This document shows, piece after piece, positions 9,970 to 20,282 of a stretch of 64,000 bases of DNA. Position 1 is the stretch's first letter; each line of letters opens with the position of its first letter. Position numbers and translations under genes: made by a program. Source of the DNA: an uncultured delta proteobacterium (GTDB lineage Bacteria > Desulfobacterota > Binatia > UBA9968); contig CAWFJP010000003.1 of the NCBI GenBank assembly GCA_963816145.1, positions 416,001 through 480,000 of the forward strand, in the 5' to 3' direction. The notes under the pieces were generated by a model. The model saw only the letters and a list, made by a program, of their open reading frames with translations, had not been told where the DNA came from and made no database searches.

Positions 9970-11079
9970 ATGATCAAACAGTGGCTATTCGTCCTACTTT
10001 TCGTGTCCTTCGGATCGGTCCGATTAGCCCACGCTCAAGAAAGCTGGCACTCCGAATGGGACCGCACGCTCAAGGCCGCCGAGCAGGAAGGACAAGTCGT
10101 CTATTCCGGCTGCGGTAGCCACGACTACTTGAAAGAATTTCAGAAAAGTTTTCCCCAGATCAAACTCGTCAGCGTCCCGCTTTCCTGCACCCAGCTGGTA
10201 TCGCGCATCATGGCCGAGCGACGCGCCGGCAAATACCTCGCCGACATGGTGCGGTTCGGTTTGACCTCGGCCCATTCGTTCTATCGCGCCAAAGTGCTTC
10301 AGCCCGTCGATCAATCATTCATCCTGCCCGAGGTAAAAGACCCGTCAAAATGGTGGCAAAGCAAACACCACTACTCCGACCCGGAAAACAAATACTTGAT
10401 AGTCCCTGCGGGCAGTATCTATGAACGCTTCGCCAGCTATCATTCTGCGCTGGCGAGCCCGGGCGATTTCAAATCCTTCGCCGACATTTTGCAGCCCAAG
10501 TGGAAAGGCAAGATCGTCGCCACCGATCCCAAGACTGGCGAAGGGCGCAATGGCGCGCGCTTTCTGTACCATCATCCCGACCTCGGACCACAGTATCTGC
10601 GCCGGTTGCTGAGCGAGATGGACATCACCTACTCGCGCGATTACCGCCAGGCCACCGACTGGCTGGCGCAAAAACGTTTCGCACTTTATCTCTTCAGCCA
10701 ATCCGACGACACGCTGAACGCCAAGAGCCAGGGGCTGCCGGTCCACATCCTCGACACCGGCAACTGGAAGGAAGCACCCGGATTGGACGCCATCGGCGGC
10801 GCTTATTTAATGATGGATAAGCCAGCCCATCCTAACGCCGCAAAGATCCTGGTCAACTGGTTACTCTCCCGCGACGGCCAAATCGCGCTGCAACGCGACG
10901 TTGAAAACGCTGGTGCCATCGATTCCCTGCGCATCGACATCCCGAAATCCGACGTGAACCCGCTCATGCGCCGGAAAGAAGGCGTCAAGTACTTGGAGAT
11001 GTGGAACCCCACCTGGATGAACATGAAACCGGTGGAAGAACTGATCGATAAAGTGATGGGCGAAGCTAAGAAGAACTGA
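9970..11079 (+). CDS. ABC extracellular solute-binding protein (Fe3+/AfuA-like family)
   Basis: Signal peptide; AAEQEGQVV, RIMAERRAG, PKWKGKI, AHPNAAKILVNWLLSRDGQ. Confidence 0.85.
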   Translation: MIKQWLFVLLFVSFGSVRLAHAQESWHSEWDRTLKAAEQEGQVVYSGCGSHDYLKEFQKSFPQIKLVSVPLSCTQLVSRIMAERRAGKYLADMVRFGLTSAHSFYRAKVLQPVDQSFILPEVKDPSKWWQSKHHYSDPENKYLIVPAGSIYERFASYHSALASPGDFKSFADILQPKWKGKIVATDPKTGEGRNGARFLYHHPDLGPQYLRRLLSEMDITYSRDYRQATDWLAQKRFALYLFSQSDDTLNAKSQGLPVHILDTGNWKEAPGLDAIGGAYLMMDKPAHPNAAKILVNWLLSRDGQIALQRDVENAGAIDSLRIDIPKSDVNPLMRRKEGVKYLEMWNPTWMNMKPVEELIDKVMGEAKKN

Positions 11080-11224
11080 CGTTGCAACCAATTTGGATCT
11101 CCCCCGCGGCCCAACATCCCATCACATCGTTCCTTCTACACCCTTTGCACTTTGCCGCGATTTCGTTACTCTCGTCCGAAAATGAACCCGATCACGAGCC
11201 ACGATCACGTTCGCAGGAGTTTCC

Positions 11225-12497
11225 ATGGCCGAACCGACAATCATATGCCCACAGTGCAAAACTGAAATTAAATTGACGGAGTCCCTTGCAGCGCCGCTAC
11301 TCGCCGACGTGAAGCGGCAGTTCGAGCAACGGCTGGCGCAAAAAGATGCCGAGATGGCCAAGCGCGAGCAATCGCTGAACGAGCGCGCCGAATCCATCGA
11401 AAAGGCGAAAGCGACTTTCGACCAACAGATCGCCGCGAAACTCCAACAGGAGCGTGTCCGCATCGCCGCCGAAGAGCAGCAAAAAGCCAAGATGGTCCTC
11501 GGCAACGATCTCAACCAAAAAGCCAAAGAGATCCAGCATTCTGCAAGAAGTATTGAAACAACGGGATGCTAAACTTGCCGAGGCACAGCAGGCTCAAGCA
11601 GAACTGATCGGCAAACAGCGAGAACTGGACGACGCCAAGCGCGAGCTCGAATTGACAATCGCCAAGCGGGTCCAAGCCGACCTCGGCAGCGAGCGCGACA
11701 AAGCCAAGAAGGAAGCCGAGGAAGAACTCAAGTTCAAGGTGATGGAGAAAGACCAGACCATCAGCGCCATGCAAAAGCAGATCGAAGATCTCAAACGGCG
11801 CGCCGAACAGGGTTCGCAACAACTTCAAGGAGAGGTTCAAGAGTTAGAGCTGGAAGCCCTGCTCACGGCGAAATTCCCCCGCGACACCATCCAACCGGTG
11901 CCCAAAGGTGAATTCGGCGGCGACGTCCTACAGCGCGTCGTCGGCCCGACCAGTCAAATATGCGGCACGATCCTGTGGGAATCCAAGCGGACAAAAAACT
12001 GGAGCGACGGCTGGCTACCTAAGCTGCGCGAAGACCAGCGCGCGGCGAAGGCCGAGATCGCTGTCATCATCAGCCAAGCGCTGCCGAAGGAAGTAGATAC
12101 CTTCGGCTATATCGACGGCGTCTGGGTGGCCGATCCCAAAGTCGCCCTGCCGGTAGCGCTGTCGCTGCGCCAATCATTGATCGAAGTCGCCGCCGCGCGA
12201 CAAGCGAGCGAAGGCCAGCAGACCAAGATGGAAATGGTCTACGGCTATCTGACCGGTCCGCGCTTCCGTCAGCGAGTTCAAGCGATAGTTGAAGCATTCT
12301 CAAGTATGAAAGAAGATTTGGACCGCGAGAAAAAAGCCATCACTCGCCAATGGGCCAAACGCGAAGAGCAGATCGACCGCGTCATGCAAGCCACCGTCGG
12401 CATGTACGGCGACCTCCAAGGCATCGCGGGGAGAACGTTGCAGGAGATTGAAGGCTTGGAGTTTCAGGGGATGTTGGATTTCAAAGGGGATGAATAG
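11225..12497 (+). CDS. DUF2130 coiled-coil protein, frameshifted near 11533
   Basis: N-terminal ICPQCKTEIKLTESLA; C-terminal GSQQLQGEVQELELE, ILWESKRTKNWS; the two ORFs join by removing one C (GAG ATC [C]AGC ATT CTG). Confidence 0.85.
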
Positions 12498-12560
12498 GTC
12501 GCCGGCCTTCTTGCGCCGCTGAACTAAGCGCCAGAATTATCGCCGTATCCCGAGACACGA

Positions 12561-13004
12561 ATGCGGTTATACATTGACCTCAATTGTTTCAATCGCCCGT
12601 TTGATGATCAGACGCAGGAGCGAATCCGTCTCGAGACCGAAGCGGTCTATGCGATATTACAACGAATCATGCAAGGAGAAGACACGCTTTTATGGTCATG
12701 GGTGATGACATATGAAAACGATCAGCACCCAAAACTTGAGAGACGTGATGAGATCGCGCTATGGCAGCATCGAGCTGTTCGATCCGTTGGGGTCGACACA
12801 CACCTTCAAGAACGCGCCCGGTTCTTCACCCAACAGGGCATTCCGACTCTAGACGCAGCACACCTCGCATCCGCCGAAGCGGGCGAAGCGGATGTAATGC
12901 TAACTTGCGACGACGCGCTACTGCGCCGGGCTCAACGCTTTACTCTGGCTTTACGGGTAATGAACCCTGTGGCATACTTTGAACTGGAAATAGCAAATGG
13001 CTAA
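12561..13004 (+). CDS. PIN-domain (VapC-like) toxin/nuclease
   Basis: YIDLNCFNRPFDDQ, LDAAHLASA, LTCDD acidic PIN motifs. Confidence 0.85.
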   Translation: MRLYIDLNCFNRPFDDQTQERIRLETEAVYAILQRIMQGEDTLLWSWVMTYENDQHPKLERRDEIALWQHRAVRSVGVDTHLQERARFFTQQGIPTLDAAHLASAEAGEADVMLTCDDALLRRAQRFTLALRVMNPVAYFELEIANG

Positions 13005-13209
13005 ACAATTGACAGAACAGGAGTTAAGGGAACAAGCCACCAAGGCATTGGCTGAAAAACTCGGCCCCGTAGAAGCTCTGCGCTTTCTCGCACTCGTGTC
13101 CCGTGAACCATTCGACTATCAGCGCTGGCGAAAAGACTATTTCTCGCATTTGTCCATCGATGAATTGCTCGACAACGTTCAGAAGCACCAAACTGAAAAA
13201 CGTTCATAA
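12997..13209 (+). CDS. Small putative antitoxin downstream of PIN gene
   Basis: 70 aa, overlaps PIN stop; ALAEKLGPVEALRFL...DY pattern of PIN-associated partners. Confidence 0.7.
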   Translation: MAKQLTEQELREQATKALAEKLGPVEALRFLALVSREPFDYQRWRKDYFSHLSIDELLDNVQKHQTEKRS

Positions 13210-13301
13210 CCAATCGGTCCCGTCACCAAACTTCGACCTATCATCGATAGCGTTCGCGTTCAGAAACACCAGATGAATAGTTAAACCAGGGAGAACAACC
13301 C

Positions 13302-14577
13302 ATGGCAGACGCAAGCAAAGCGGACAAAGTACGCGAATACATAGCTAAGCACCCTCACGCATCACCTCAGAAGGTCGCAGAGGCTCTCACTGCGCCAGGC
13401 GTTGAGATTGGCGCAAGATATGTCTCCCAGATCAAAGCCAGGGCTGGTTCGACGAAAGCCAAGAAGGCCAAGCCACGCGTAGCCTCCAAAAAGACTCCAG
13501 CCAATAAGAATGGAGCCAAACCAACTGTCCGCCGTGGTCGCTCGTCACGGCCTTATCCTGCGAAGACACTCGAAGAAACCTTGGCCATTCCCCGGGCAAT
13601 ACGAGAGCAAAACAACGGCAATCCGTGGGACACGGAAGACGTCGCGCAAGCGTCACTGGGTGTGGCAAGAAGCAACAATAAATTTTTCTACACGGCGGCG
13701 GCAGCCCGCGATTATGGATTGACCGTTGGCACAAGAGATACGGACAAAATAGAACTTGCGCCGTTAGGGCGAGAATTATTCTTTGCAGGTGATGAGGAGA
13801 CAAAGAACAGGAAGATGTTAGAGGCATTCTTCGGAATCGACATCTTCAAGAGAGTGTATGAACACTACGGCAGCGCTGACCTGCCGAAGAAAGAATTCCT
13901 TGCAAACACGTTACAGAAGGAATTCGGCCTCGATCCTGAATGGCATGATGAGTTCGTCAAAATATTCAAAGCGAATTGCGTGTTTCTAGGCATTGAGAAG
14001 GGTCTTGGCCCCAAACAGATAATGCCGAAGAAGGACGAGCCCCTCGAACATCCCAGCGAAATTCAGGTAGTAGGACAACCCAAGGGTAAGTTCGACCGAA
14101 CAGCCTTTGTCATAATGCCATTCAGTGAGAAGGGTCAGAGCCCCAGGCCGCAGGGATTTTTCACTGAACTATTGAACTCGGTCATCACACCGGCCGCAAA
14201 TGCAGCTGGATTTGCCGTCGAGACTGCCCGAAAGCAAGGCAGCGATGTGATTCAGTCGACCATCATCAACCAACTTTTAAAAGCAGATCTGGTCGTCGTT
14301 GACATCACTGATCACAACCCAAACGTGCTGTTTGAACTCGGTATTCGGTATAAGGATAGCCAAGGATCTTCCCGTAGCTCTTATTAAGGCCGATGGAACA
14401 GGCCCTATTTTCGATGTGGACAATATGATGCGAGTTCTCCCATACAACCCAAATCTCTGGCCGACAACGCTTGAGAAGGATGTTCCGCGGTTGACGGACC
14501 ATATCAAAGGGGCTTGGGACAACAGATCTACGGAACGCACATATATGCAGATTCTTACAGGCCAAGCCCGTCCATAG
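13302..14577 (+). pseudogene. HTH/winged-helix protein with C-terminal nucleoside 2-deoxyribosyltransferase-like domain, frameshifted by a 7-bp duplication
   Basis: RBS GGAG; AFVIMPF...ADLVVVDITDHNPNVLFELG motif; TCGGTAT duplicated at 14338-14351; removing one copy restores ELGIRIAKDLPV... to stop at 14577. Confidence 0.75.
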
Positions 14578-14906
14578 AGCAAACCAACAACATGCGGCGC
14601 TCCTACGCGAATCCCGTGGACCGCCTTGCCGAAGCGACCAGTGACCGTTATTCAATTCCCTTTTGTCCTTATCTGCGCGTGCTTTTCCAGCGATTGCGCA
14701 ACGGTAGCCACTCACACGAATTTAAACAAAAACTCCCGTCGAAAAGAGAACTAAGAATGCGTGGGTGCTACTTTATCCCTCCGGATTCAACTAGTGCGAA
14801 TTGATTTTTCCAACTGCGAAATAGCTTGCTCAGATTCAGATCGTTTTGAACGGAGCGCCGCGATTGAACGGAATGAACGATTTAAGTTCTAGGTGTGGAG
14901 TACCCC

Positions 14907-16415
14907 ATGTCAGATCCTTACGACATCATTGTGGTTGGCGGCGGTTCAGCAGGCTGCGTGTTGGCGTCTCGCCTATCGGAAGATTCACAACGCAAAGTCC
15001 TTCTCCTCGAAGCCGGGCCGGACCCGCGGCCGATTCCTGACACTGTGGCCGACGCCGAGAAGACGACTTACGTCCTGCTCGAAAGTCCGTACATTCAGAT
15101 GTACCCGACCAAGCGCAATTACGACGGCAGCGAATTCTATTCGCTCGCGGGGCGAATCACCGGCGGTGGCTCGTCGGTCAACATGATGGCGATCCCGCGG
15201 CCAATCAAAGCTGATCTCGATACCTGGGCGAGCCAAGGGAATCCTGATTGGACCTGGGACAAAGTGCTGCCGGTGTTAAAACGGATGGAAGCCGATCAGG
15301 ATTTTCCCAACGACCCGATCCACGGCAACTCGGGGCCGATTTACATCAAGCGAAAGCACCTGTTCAACATCGATCTCGGCGAGCAGGAGGAGGCATTGCT
15401 GGAGACACTGGAAAAGCTCGGCATCCCGCGCTTCCTCGACCAAAACATCCCCAATCCCTACGGTGTGGCGCCGGTGGCGCGCAACAGCAAAGAAGGTAAG
15501 CGCCAATCGGCGACGGTGATGTATCTCGATCCGGCACGCCAACGACCTAACCTCACAATCATCGATGAAGCGCCGGCCTTGTCTCTCGTGGTGAACGGCA
15601 AGCGTGTCACCGCCGTGCGCTATCGCAAAGACGGCCAGGAACACACCGTCACCGCCGACAAGGTCGTGCTCAGTGCCGGCGTCTATCACTCGCCGCAGAT
15701 CATGATGCTGTCGGGCATCGGCCCGAGCGCGCAGTTGAAGCAGCATGGAATCCCCGTGGTTCACGATCTACCGGGCGTCGGCGAAAATTATCAAGATCAT
15801 CCGATGCTGACGATGACGTTCAAAACCAACCCGGCGAATAAAAAACCGCTCATGCGCGGCCGGTCGAGCGTAAAGCTCTATTTCAAGACCGATCCGGCGC
15901 GCGAGTATCTGAACTTCCACATAATCCCCCGCGAGGCGATCAATCTCTCGGGAATCGGCGACATGTTGGGCTTCTCGTGTAATCTCCTGGAGCAAACCAA
16001 CCGCGGCCGACTCACGCTGCAGAGCGCCGATCCCAATGATCTGCCAAACATCGATCCGCAAGTTCTGGAACATCCTCAAGACATCGCGGCAATGCTGGCG
16101 GCGATGAAGTTCGTCCAGCGCCTCACGAGCACAGAGCCTCTCAGTCAGTTCTTCGGCGAGCTCTTTTCTCCCAGCGTCAACGAGGATTGGCAAAAATTCG
16201 CGCGCTCGTCCTACACGAGCTACTACCACGGCGTCGGCACCTGCAGGATGGGGCCTGCTTCCGACCCGATGGCGGTGGTCGATCAACACCTGCGAGTGCA
16301 CGGCTTCGACAACCTCTGGGTCGGCGACGCTTCGATTATGCCCACCGTGGTCCACGCCAATACCAATTTTACCGTCATGATGATCGCCGAACGGGCCGCG
16401 GAGTATATCAAATAA
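14907..16415 (+). CDS. GMC oxidoreductase (choline dehydrogenase-like)
   Basis: DIIVVGGGSAG, GGGSSVN, LSGIGP, GENYQDH, YHGVGTCRMG, DASIMP. Confidence 0.93.
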   Translation: MSDPYDIIVVGGGSAGCVLASRLSEDSQRKVLLLEAGPDPRPIPDTVADAEKTTYVLLESPYIQMYPTKRNYDGSEFYSLAGRITGGGSSVNMMAIPRPIKADLDTWASQGNPDWTWDKVLPVLKRMEADQDFPNDPIHGNSGPIYIKRKHLFNIDLGEQEEALLETLEKLGIPRFLDQNIPNPYGVAPVARNSKEGKRQSATVMYLDPARQRPNLTIIDEAPALSLVVNGKRVTAVRYRKDGQEHTVTADKVVLSAGVYHSPQIMMLSGIGPSAQLKQHGIPVVHDLPGVGENYQDHPMLTMTFKTNPANKKPLMRGRSSVKLYFKTDPAREYLNFHIIPREAINLSGIGDMLGFSCNLLEQTNRGRLTLQSADPNDLPNIDPQVLEHPQDIAAMLAAMKFVQRLTSTEPLSQFFGELFSPSVNEDWQKFARSSYTSYYHGVGTCRMGPASDPMAVVDQHLRVHGFDNLWVGDASIMPTVVHANTNFTVMMIAERAAEYIK

Positions 16416-16433
16416 AGGTCGTGATAATATTTC

Positions 16434-16506
16434 CATCGCGGAGACGCAGGGAACGCAGAGTTCGCAGTAGTTCTTAACTAATGACTCTTTCCTCCGCGCC
16501 CTCTGC
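16434..16506. repeat. CGCAGAG-variant palindromic repeat, left part (right end continues at 18374-18389)
   Basis: catcgcggagacgcagggaacgcagag...ctccgcgccctctgc | IS | tgcgcctctgcggtga. Confidence 0.75.
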
Positions 16507-18373
16507 GGTCATGAGAAAAAATTGATTTATCGTAATCTGGATTGATCCTACGCCTCGGCGTTTTTTCTTTTTTGGAAAAAACTCATCTTTGCCGTAATTA
16601 TTCGGATGCGAAACTTTGAACCGCTGTTGAGCGGCTCAAAACTGGCCGATTTTCTCTTCTACACGACGTGTTTCTCCCTTTTCTCTACGCAGGCTGCACC
16701 ACCGCTGCTTTTCTCCAGCATAGCCGCATCCACACTCGGATGTTGTAGGTGAGACACGCCCAGAGCGCTTCCATCCCCACCTTGGCTAACCCGCGCACGC
16801 TGAACTGGCGTAGCCCAAACTTCGCCTTGATCCACAGATTGGGCGTCTCGGCCACCTGGGCTCTGGTTTTGTAGATCTCGCGCGCTCGTTGTGTCTCCAT
16901 CTTCTGACGAAACTCGGCCACTTCGGCCAACTCTTCGCTGCGATGCACCGACCGCCCCGTCACTCGATTCCCAGGACAACACTGGCTCTTCATCGGACAT
17001 CCCTGGCAGTCCGATCTCTGCGCTCGATACCGGTAGCTCAGCTGCAGGTGGCGCTCTTCTTTGCCTTCATACTTCAGGATCTTTCCCTGCGGACAACGAT
17101 AACTATTGCTCTGAGCATCGTAGATAAACTGGGAGCTTTGATACTCGGCGCTCACGCCGCGGTTGTCATAGGAACTCTGTCCCTTGCCCACCTCATCGAC
17201 ACACGGCGCGATGTACTCGATTTCGCGCTCCTTCATCGCCACGATCGTCTCTTTACTGACATAGCCGCCGTCGGTGACCACTTCTTTGGGAGTCTCGCCT
17301 TGGTTCTGTAGCACTCGGTCAATCCCAGGCGCCAATTGCTCGAAGTCATTGCCCGCTTGCACCACTCCCACCGCCACCACCACACCGTTCTTTGCATCGG
17401 TGTCAATCTGCACATTGTAGCTCGGCGCATACCCACTCCCAGGCTGTTTCATCACTCGCGCTTGGGGATCGCTCGTGCTCACTCGTCTTTGCTCTTTGTC
17501 CTTGTCTTGTTTTTCCTGTTGCTCAAATTCCTTGAGCGCTTGCTCTAGCCGCTCCTGGCGCTCGCGGGCCGCTCGCTGGCGTGCCTTGGCCATGCGCCGG
17601 CTGGTTTCCTCTTCGCTCTGCGCTTGGAGCGCGGCCACTTGCTCCTTGGCTTCGTTGAGCGCTTTTTCGACTCGCTCTTGGCGACGAAAACTATCCGCTG
17701 CTGCCTTGGCTCTGATCTTGGTCCCGTCCTGCATCACTCGTTCCAGCGTGATCAATCCATCGGTACTCAGTAGCCCCAAGGCCTGCACAAACAGCCCATT
17801 GAGCGCCTTGTCGTGCTTGACCCGAAAGTCCGATAGCGTATGGGCATTGACCACTCTTGATCCCGTCAGCCACTGGTAGGCTGGCTCCCATTCACATAAC
17901 TCTTCGATCGCTCGCGCTGATCCGACTCCCTTGCTGTACCCATACACCCACAGGCTGATCAGTAACCGCGGCTCCCATCCCGGCCGTCCCGCTTGGCCTT
18001 CTACCGCTCGTGCCTCTTGCTGGTATGCGCTTAAATCAAGACGCCCGATAAACTCCCACACCGCCCGGGCTGGATGGTCGGCCCCGATCAGCCGCTCGAT
18101 ATCGATCTGCCGCCAACACAGCTGCTCGCGGTCGATCACTTCGTAACGCGGCTTGCCCATCCTGGCCGCCGACCTCTGCTTGGCTTGCGCTTCACTTCCA
18201 ACCGCCGATTCACATCCGGGTAACCTTTCCTGTTCTATCCCCACTCTTCCCTCTCCTCCTCCGCTTCGGTTCCTGTGCGACTTTGATTATAAAACCTCGG
18301 CTCTTGCTCTGAACTTCACTATGCTCCTATATATACTACGAACATGAGCCGCTGGAGATTTTTTCTCACGCCC
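16507..18373 (-). mobile_element. IS1182-family insertion sequence
   Basis: Imperfect 15-bp TIRs ggtcatgagaaaaaa / ttttttctcacgccc (13/15); flanked by TGC direct repeat; carries one transposase. Confidence 0.85.
16685..18244 (-). CDS. IS1182 family DDE transposase
   Basis: DHPARAVWEF, GRPGWEPRLL, TLSDFR, DGTKIRAKA, SDPQARVMK, SYNVQ, DGGY, CPQG, RQFSVRGLAKV. Confidence 0.93.
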   Translation of the reverse strand: MGIEQERLPGCESAVGSEAQAKQRSAARMGKPRYEVIDREQLCWRQIDIERLIGADHPARAVWEFIGRLDLSAYQQEARAVEGQAGRPGWEPRLLISLWVYGYSKGVGSARAIEELCEWEPAYQWLTGSRVVNAHTLSDFRVKHDKALNGLFVQALGLLSTDGLITLERVMQDGTKIRAKAAADSFRRQERVEKALNEAKEQVAALQAQSEEETSRRMAKARQRAARERQERLEQALKEFEQQEKQDKDKEQRRVSTSDPQARVMKQPGSGYAPSYNVQIDTDAKNGVVVAVGVVQAGNDFEQLAPGIDRVLQNQGETPKEVVTDGGYVSKETIVAMKEREIEYIAPCVDEVGKGQSSYDNRGVSAEYQSSQFIYDAQSNSYRCPQGKILKYEGKEERHLQLSYRYRAQRSDCQGCPMKSQCCPGNRVTGRSVHRSEELAEVAEFRQKMETQRAREIYKTRAQVAETPNLWIKAKFGLRQFSVRGLAKVGMEALWACLTYNIRVWMRLCWRKAAVVQPA

Positions 18374-18476
18374 TGCGCCTCTGCGGTGATGACTTCTGTC
18401 GCTACGCGCCCTTGTAAGCTCCGGGGCAAACCGAGTATGCTCCGTGCCGATCGATCGCGCATGAGGGAGGTTTGTC

Positions 18477-19505
18477 ATGAAGCGAATTATTTTCGTTCTG
18501 GCTCTCGTCCTAGTTTCACCGGTCACCACGTCAGCGCAAGCGCCGTTTTATCAAGACAAAACGATTCGCATCGTCGCCGGCTACGGCGCCGGCAGCGTCG
18601 ATGACGCATGGGCGCGCTTGATCGCACGCTATCTCGCCAAGCATATTCCCGGGAATCCGACCATGATTGTGCAGAACATGCCGGGTGCCGGTGCCATGAT
18701 CGCGGCCAATTACGTCTACAAAGTCGCCAAGCCTGACGGCCTTACCCTCGGCGGGATTCGCGGTGGGCTCTATTTCGATCAGCTCGTCGGCAGACAACAG
18801 GTTCAGTTCGATTGGCCAAAGTTTACTTGGCTGGGCAGTCCGACGCAGGTCGAACAGATCATCTACATTCGCGCCAACACGCCCTACAAAACGATCGGCG
18901 ACGTGCGCAAAGCAGCCGTTCCGCCGAAATGCGGCGCCACCGGCACGTCTTCGACTGGCTACTACACCGGCAACCTATTGGAGGAAACCCTGGGAGCGAA
19001 ATTTACTACTCTCACCGGCTACAAGGACGGTCCTGACATAGAATTGGCCGTGGAGCGCGAAGAGGTGCAGTGCCGGGGTATATCGATCGAGACCCTATTT
19101 GGACGAGAGCCGCTGATCGGCTGGCACAAGACCGGTTTCGTCCGCGTGCTGATTCAAACCGGCAAGAAGCGCGACCCTAGATTGCCCGACGTGCCGACAA
19201 TTTGGGAACTGATGGACGAACACAAAACTGCCGAAACCGGCATACGGCTCGCGACGATCATCCTCGCCGTCGGCGCATTCGGCCGTCCCTATGTCAGCTC
19301 ACCCGGCCTACCGCCGGAACGGGCGAAAATAATTCAGGCCGCGTTCAAGAAAACGATCACCGACCCGGACTTCCAAGCCCAAGCCAAAGAGCGGCGACTC
19401 GACATCGACCCAGTTGGTGGCGAAGAACTAGCAACCCTCGCTCGCGAGGTTATCGCCCAACCGACGGACGTTATCGAGCGCGTGAAACGACTGCTGGAGA
19501 AATGA
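18477..19505 (+). CDS. Bug/TctC tripartite tricarboxylate transporter substrate-binding protein
   Basis: Signal peptide; FYQDKTIRIVAG, QNMPGAGAMIAAN, KPDGLT, RDPRLPDVPT. Confidence 0.9.
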   Translation: MKRIIFVLALVLVSPVTTSAQAPFYQDKTIRIVAGYGAGSVDDAWARLIARYLAKHIPGNPTMIVQNMPGAGAMIAANYVYKVAKPDGLTLGGIRGGLYFDQLVGRQQVQFDWPKFTWLGSPTQVEQIIYIRANTPYKTIGDVRKAAVPPKCGATGTSSTGYYTGNLLEETLGAKFTTLTGYKDGPDIELAVEREEVQCRGISIETLFGREPLIGWHKTGFVRVLIQTGKKRDPRLPDVPTIWELMDEHKTAETGIRLATIILAVGAFGRPYVSSPGLPPERAKIIQAAFKKTITDPDFQAQAKERRLDIDPVGGEELATLAREVIAQPTDVIERVKRLLEK

Positions 19506-19596
19506 CGCTCAGCGAGTTCATAGTAGATAGATTGATAATACACTGACCGGGATATCATGGTGAATTGCCCGACAGTTGAAACCGGCCGGCGTTCCA

Positions 19597-20073
19597 ATGA
19601 CTCGCATCGTCATCGAAACAAGAATCTATGCGCCCATCGAACTTTGCTTCGATCTCGCACGCGACGTAAACGCGCATAGGGAGTCGGCGGCATTTTCGTC
19701 GGAACGAGTGGTCCCGCCAGGGCGAACCGAAGGGCTGCTCGAACTCGGCGATCTAGTCGCTTTCGAAGGCCGCCACTTCGGCGTCAAGCAGCGCTTCGTG
19801 GCCCGAATCACCGCCCTCGACCGGCCGCGTCGGTTCGACGACCAGATGGTACAAGGCAGCTTCAAATGGCTGCGCCATTTTCACGAATTCGAGTCTGCCA
19901 ACGGTATAACCACCATGCGCGACACCCTTGAATGGGAACCGCCTCTGGGCCTGGTCGGCCGTCTTGCCGACCGTCTCTTCTTACGCCGCCACATGCATTG
20001 GTTTGTGTCGACGAAACAAAACGGCCTGAAACGCATGGCGGAGGCGCAGGCGAACACGTTGCTCGACACGTGA
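19597..20073 (+). CDS. SRPBCC family protein
   Basis: IETRIYAPIELCFDLARD, RHFGVKQ, FDDQMVQGSFKWLRHFHEF. Confidence 0.82.
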   Translation: MTRIVIETRIYAPIELCFDLARDVNAHRESAAFSSERVVPPGRTEGLLELGDLVAFEGRHFGVKQRFVARITALDRPRRFDDQMVQGSFKWLRHFHEFESANGITTMRDTLEWEPPLGLVGRLADRLFLRRHMHWFVSTKQNGLKRMAEAQANTLLDT

Positions 20074-20282
20074 CGATGTTCAGGGAGCGGGCGGCGCAGT
20101 TCATCAAGGCACGCATCGTGGGCGATCGGGGTGAAGCGGATCGACCGTGCAGGTGCTTGACCGAAGCATCCAACCCACCTATTGTCTCGTCGGCAGCATC
20201 TTGGCCCGACATAACCGGAGGTACGGCGCTGCCAGCCGAAACTATGCCCTGATTTGATGGTTAAAGCGGAGGTAAGATTGAA

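Noticed and set aside
14514-14804. 96-aa ORF after the NDT-like gene
   Set aside because: Overlaps the true C-terminus, no RBS or motif
13302-14850. Retron or CBASS assignment for the NDT-like gene
   Set aside because: No reverse transcriptase, msr/msd or cyclase gene in the window
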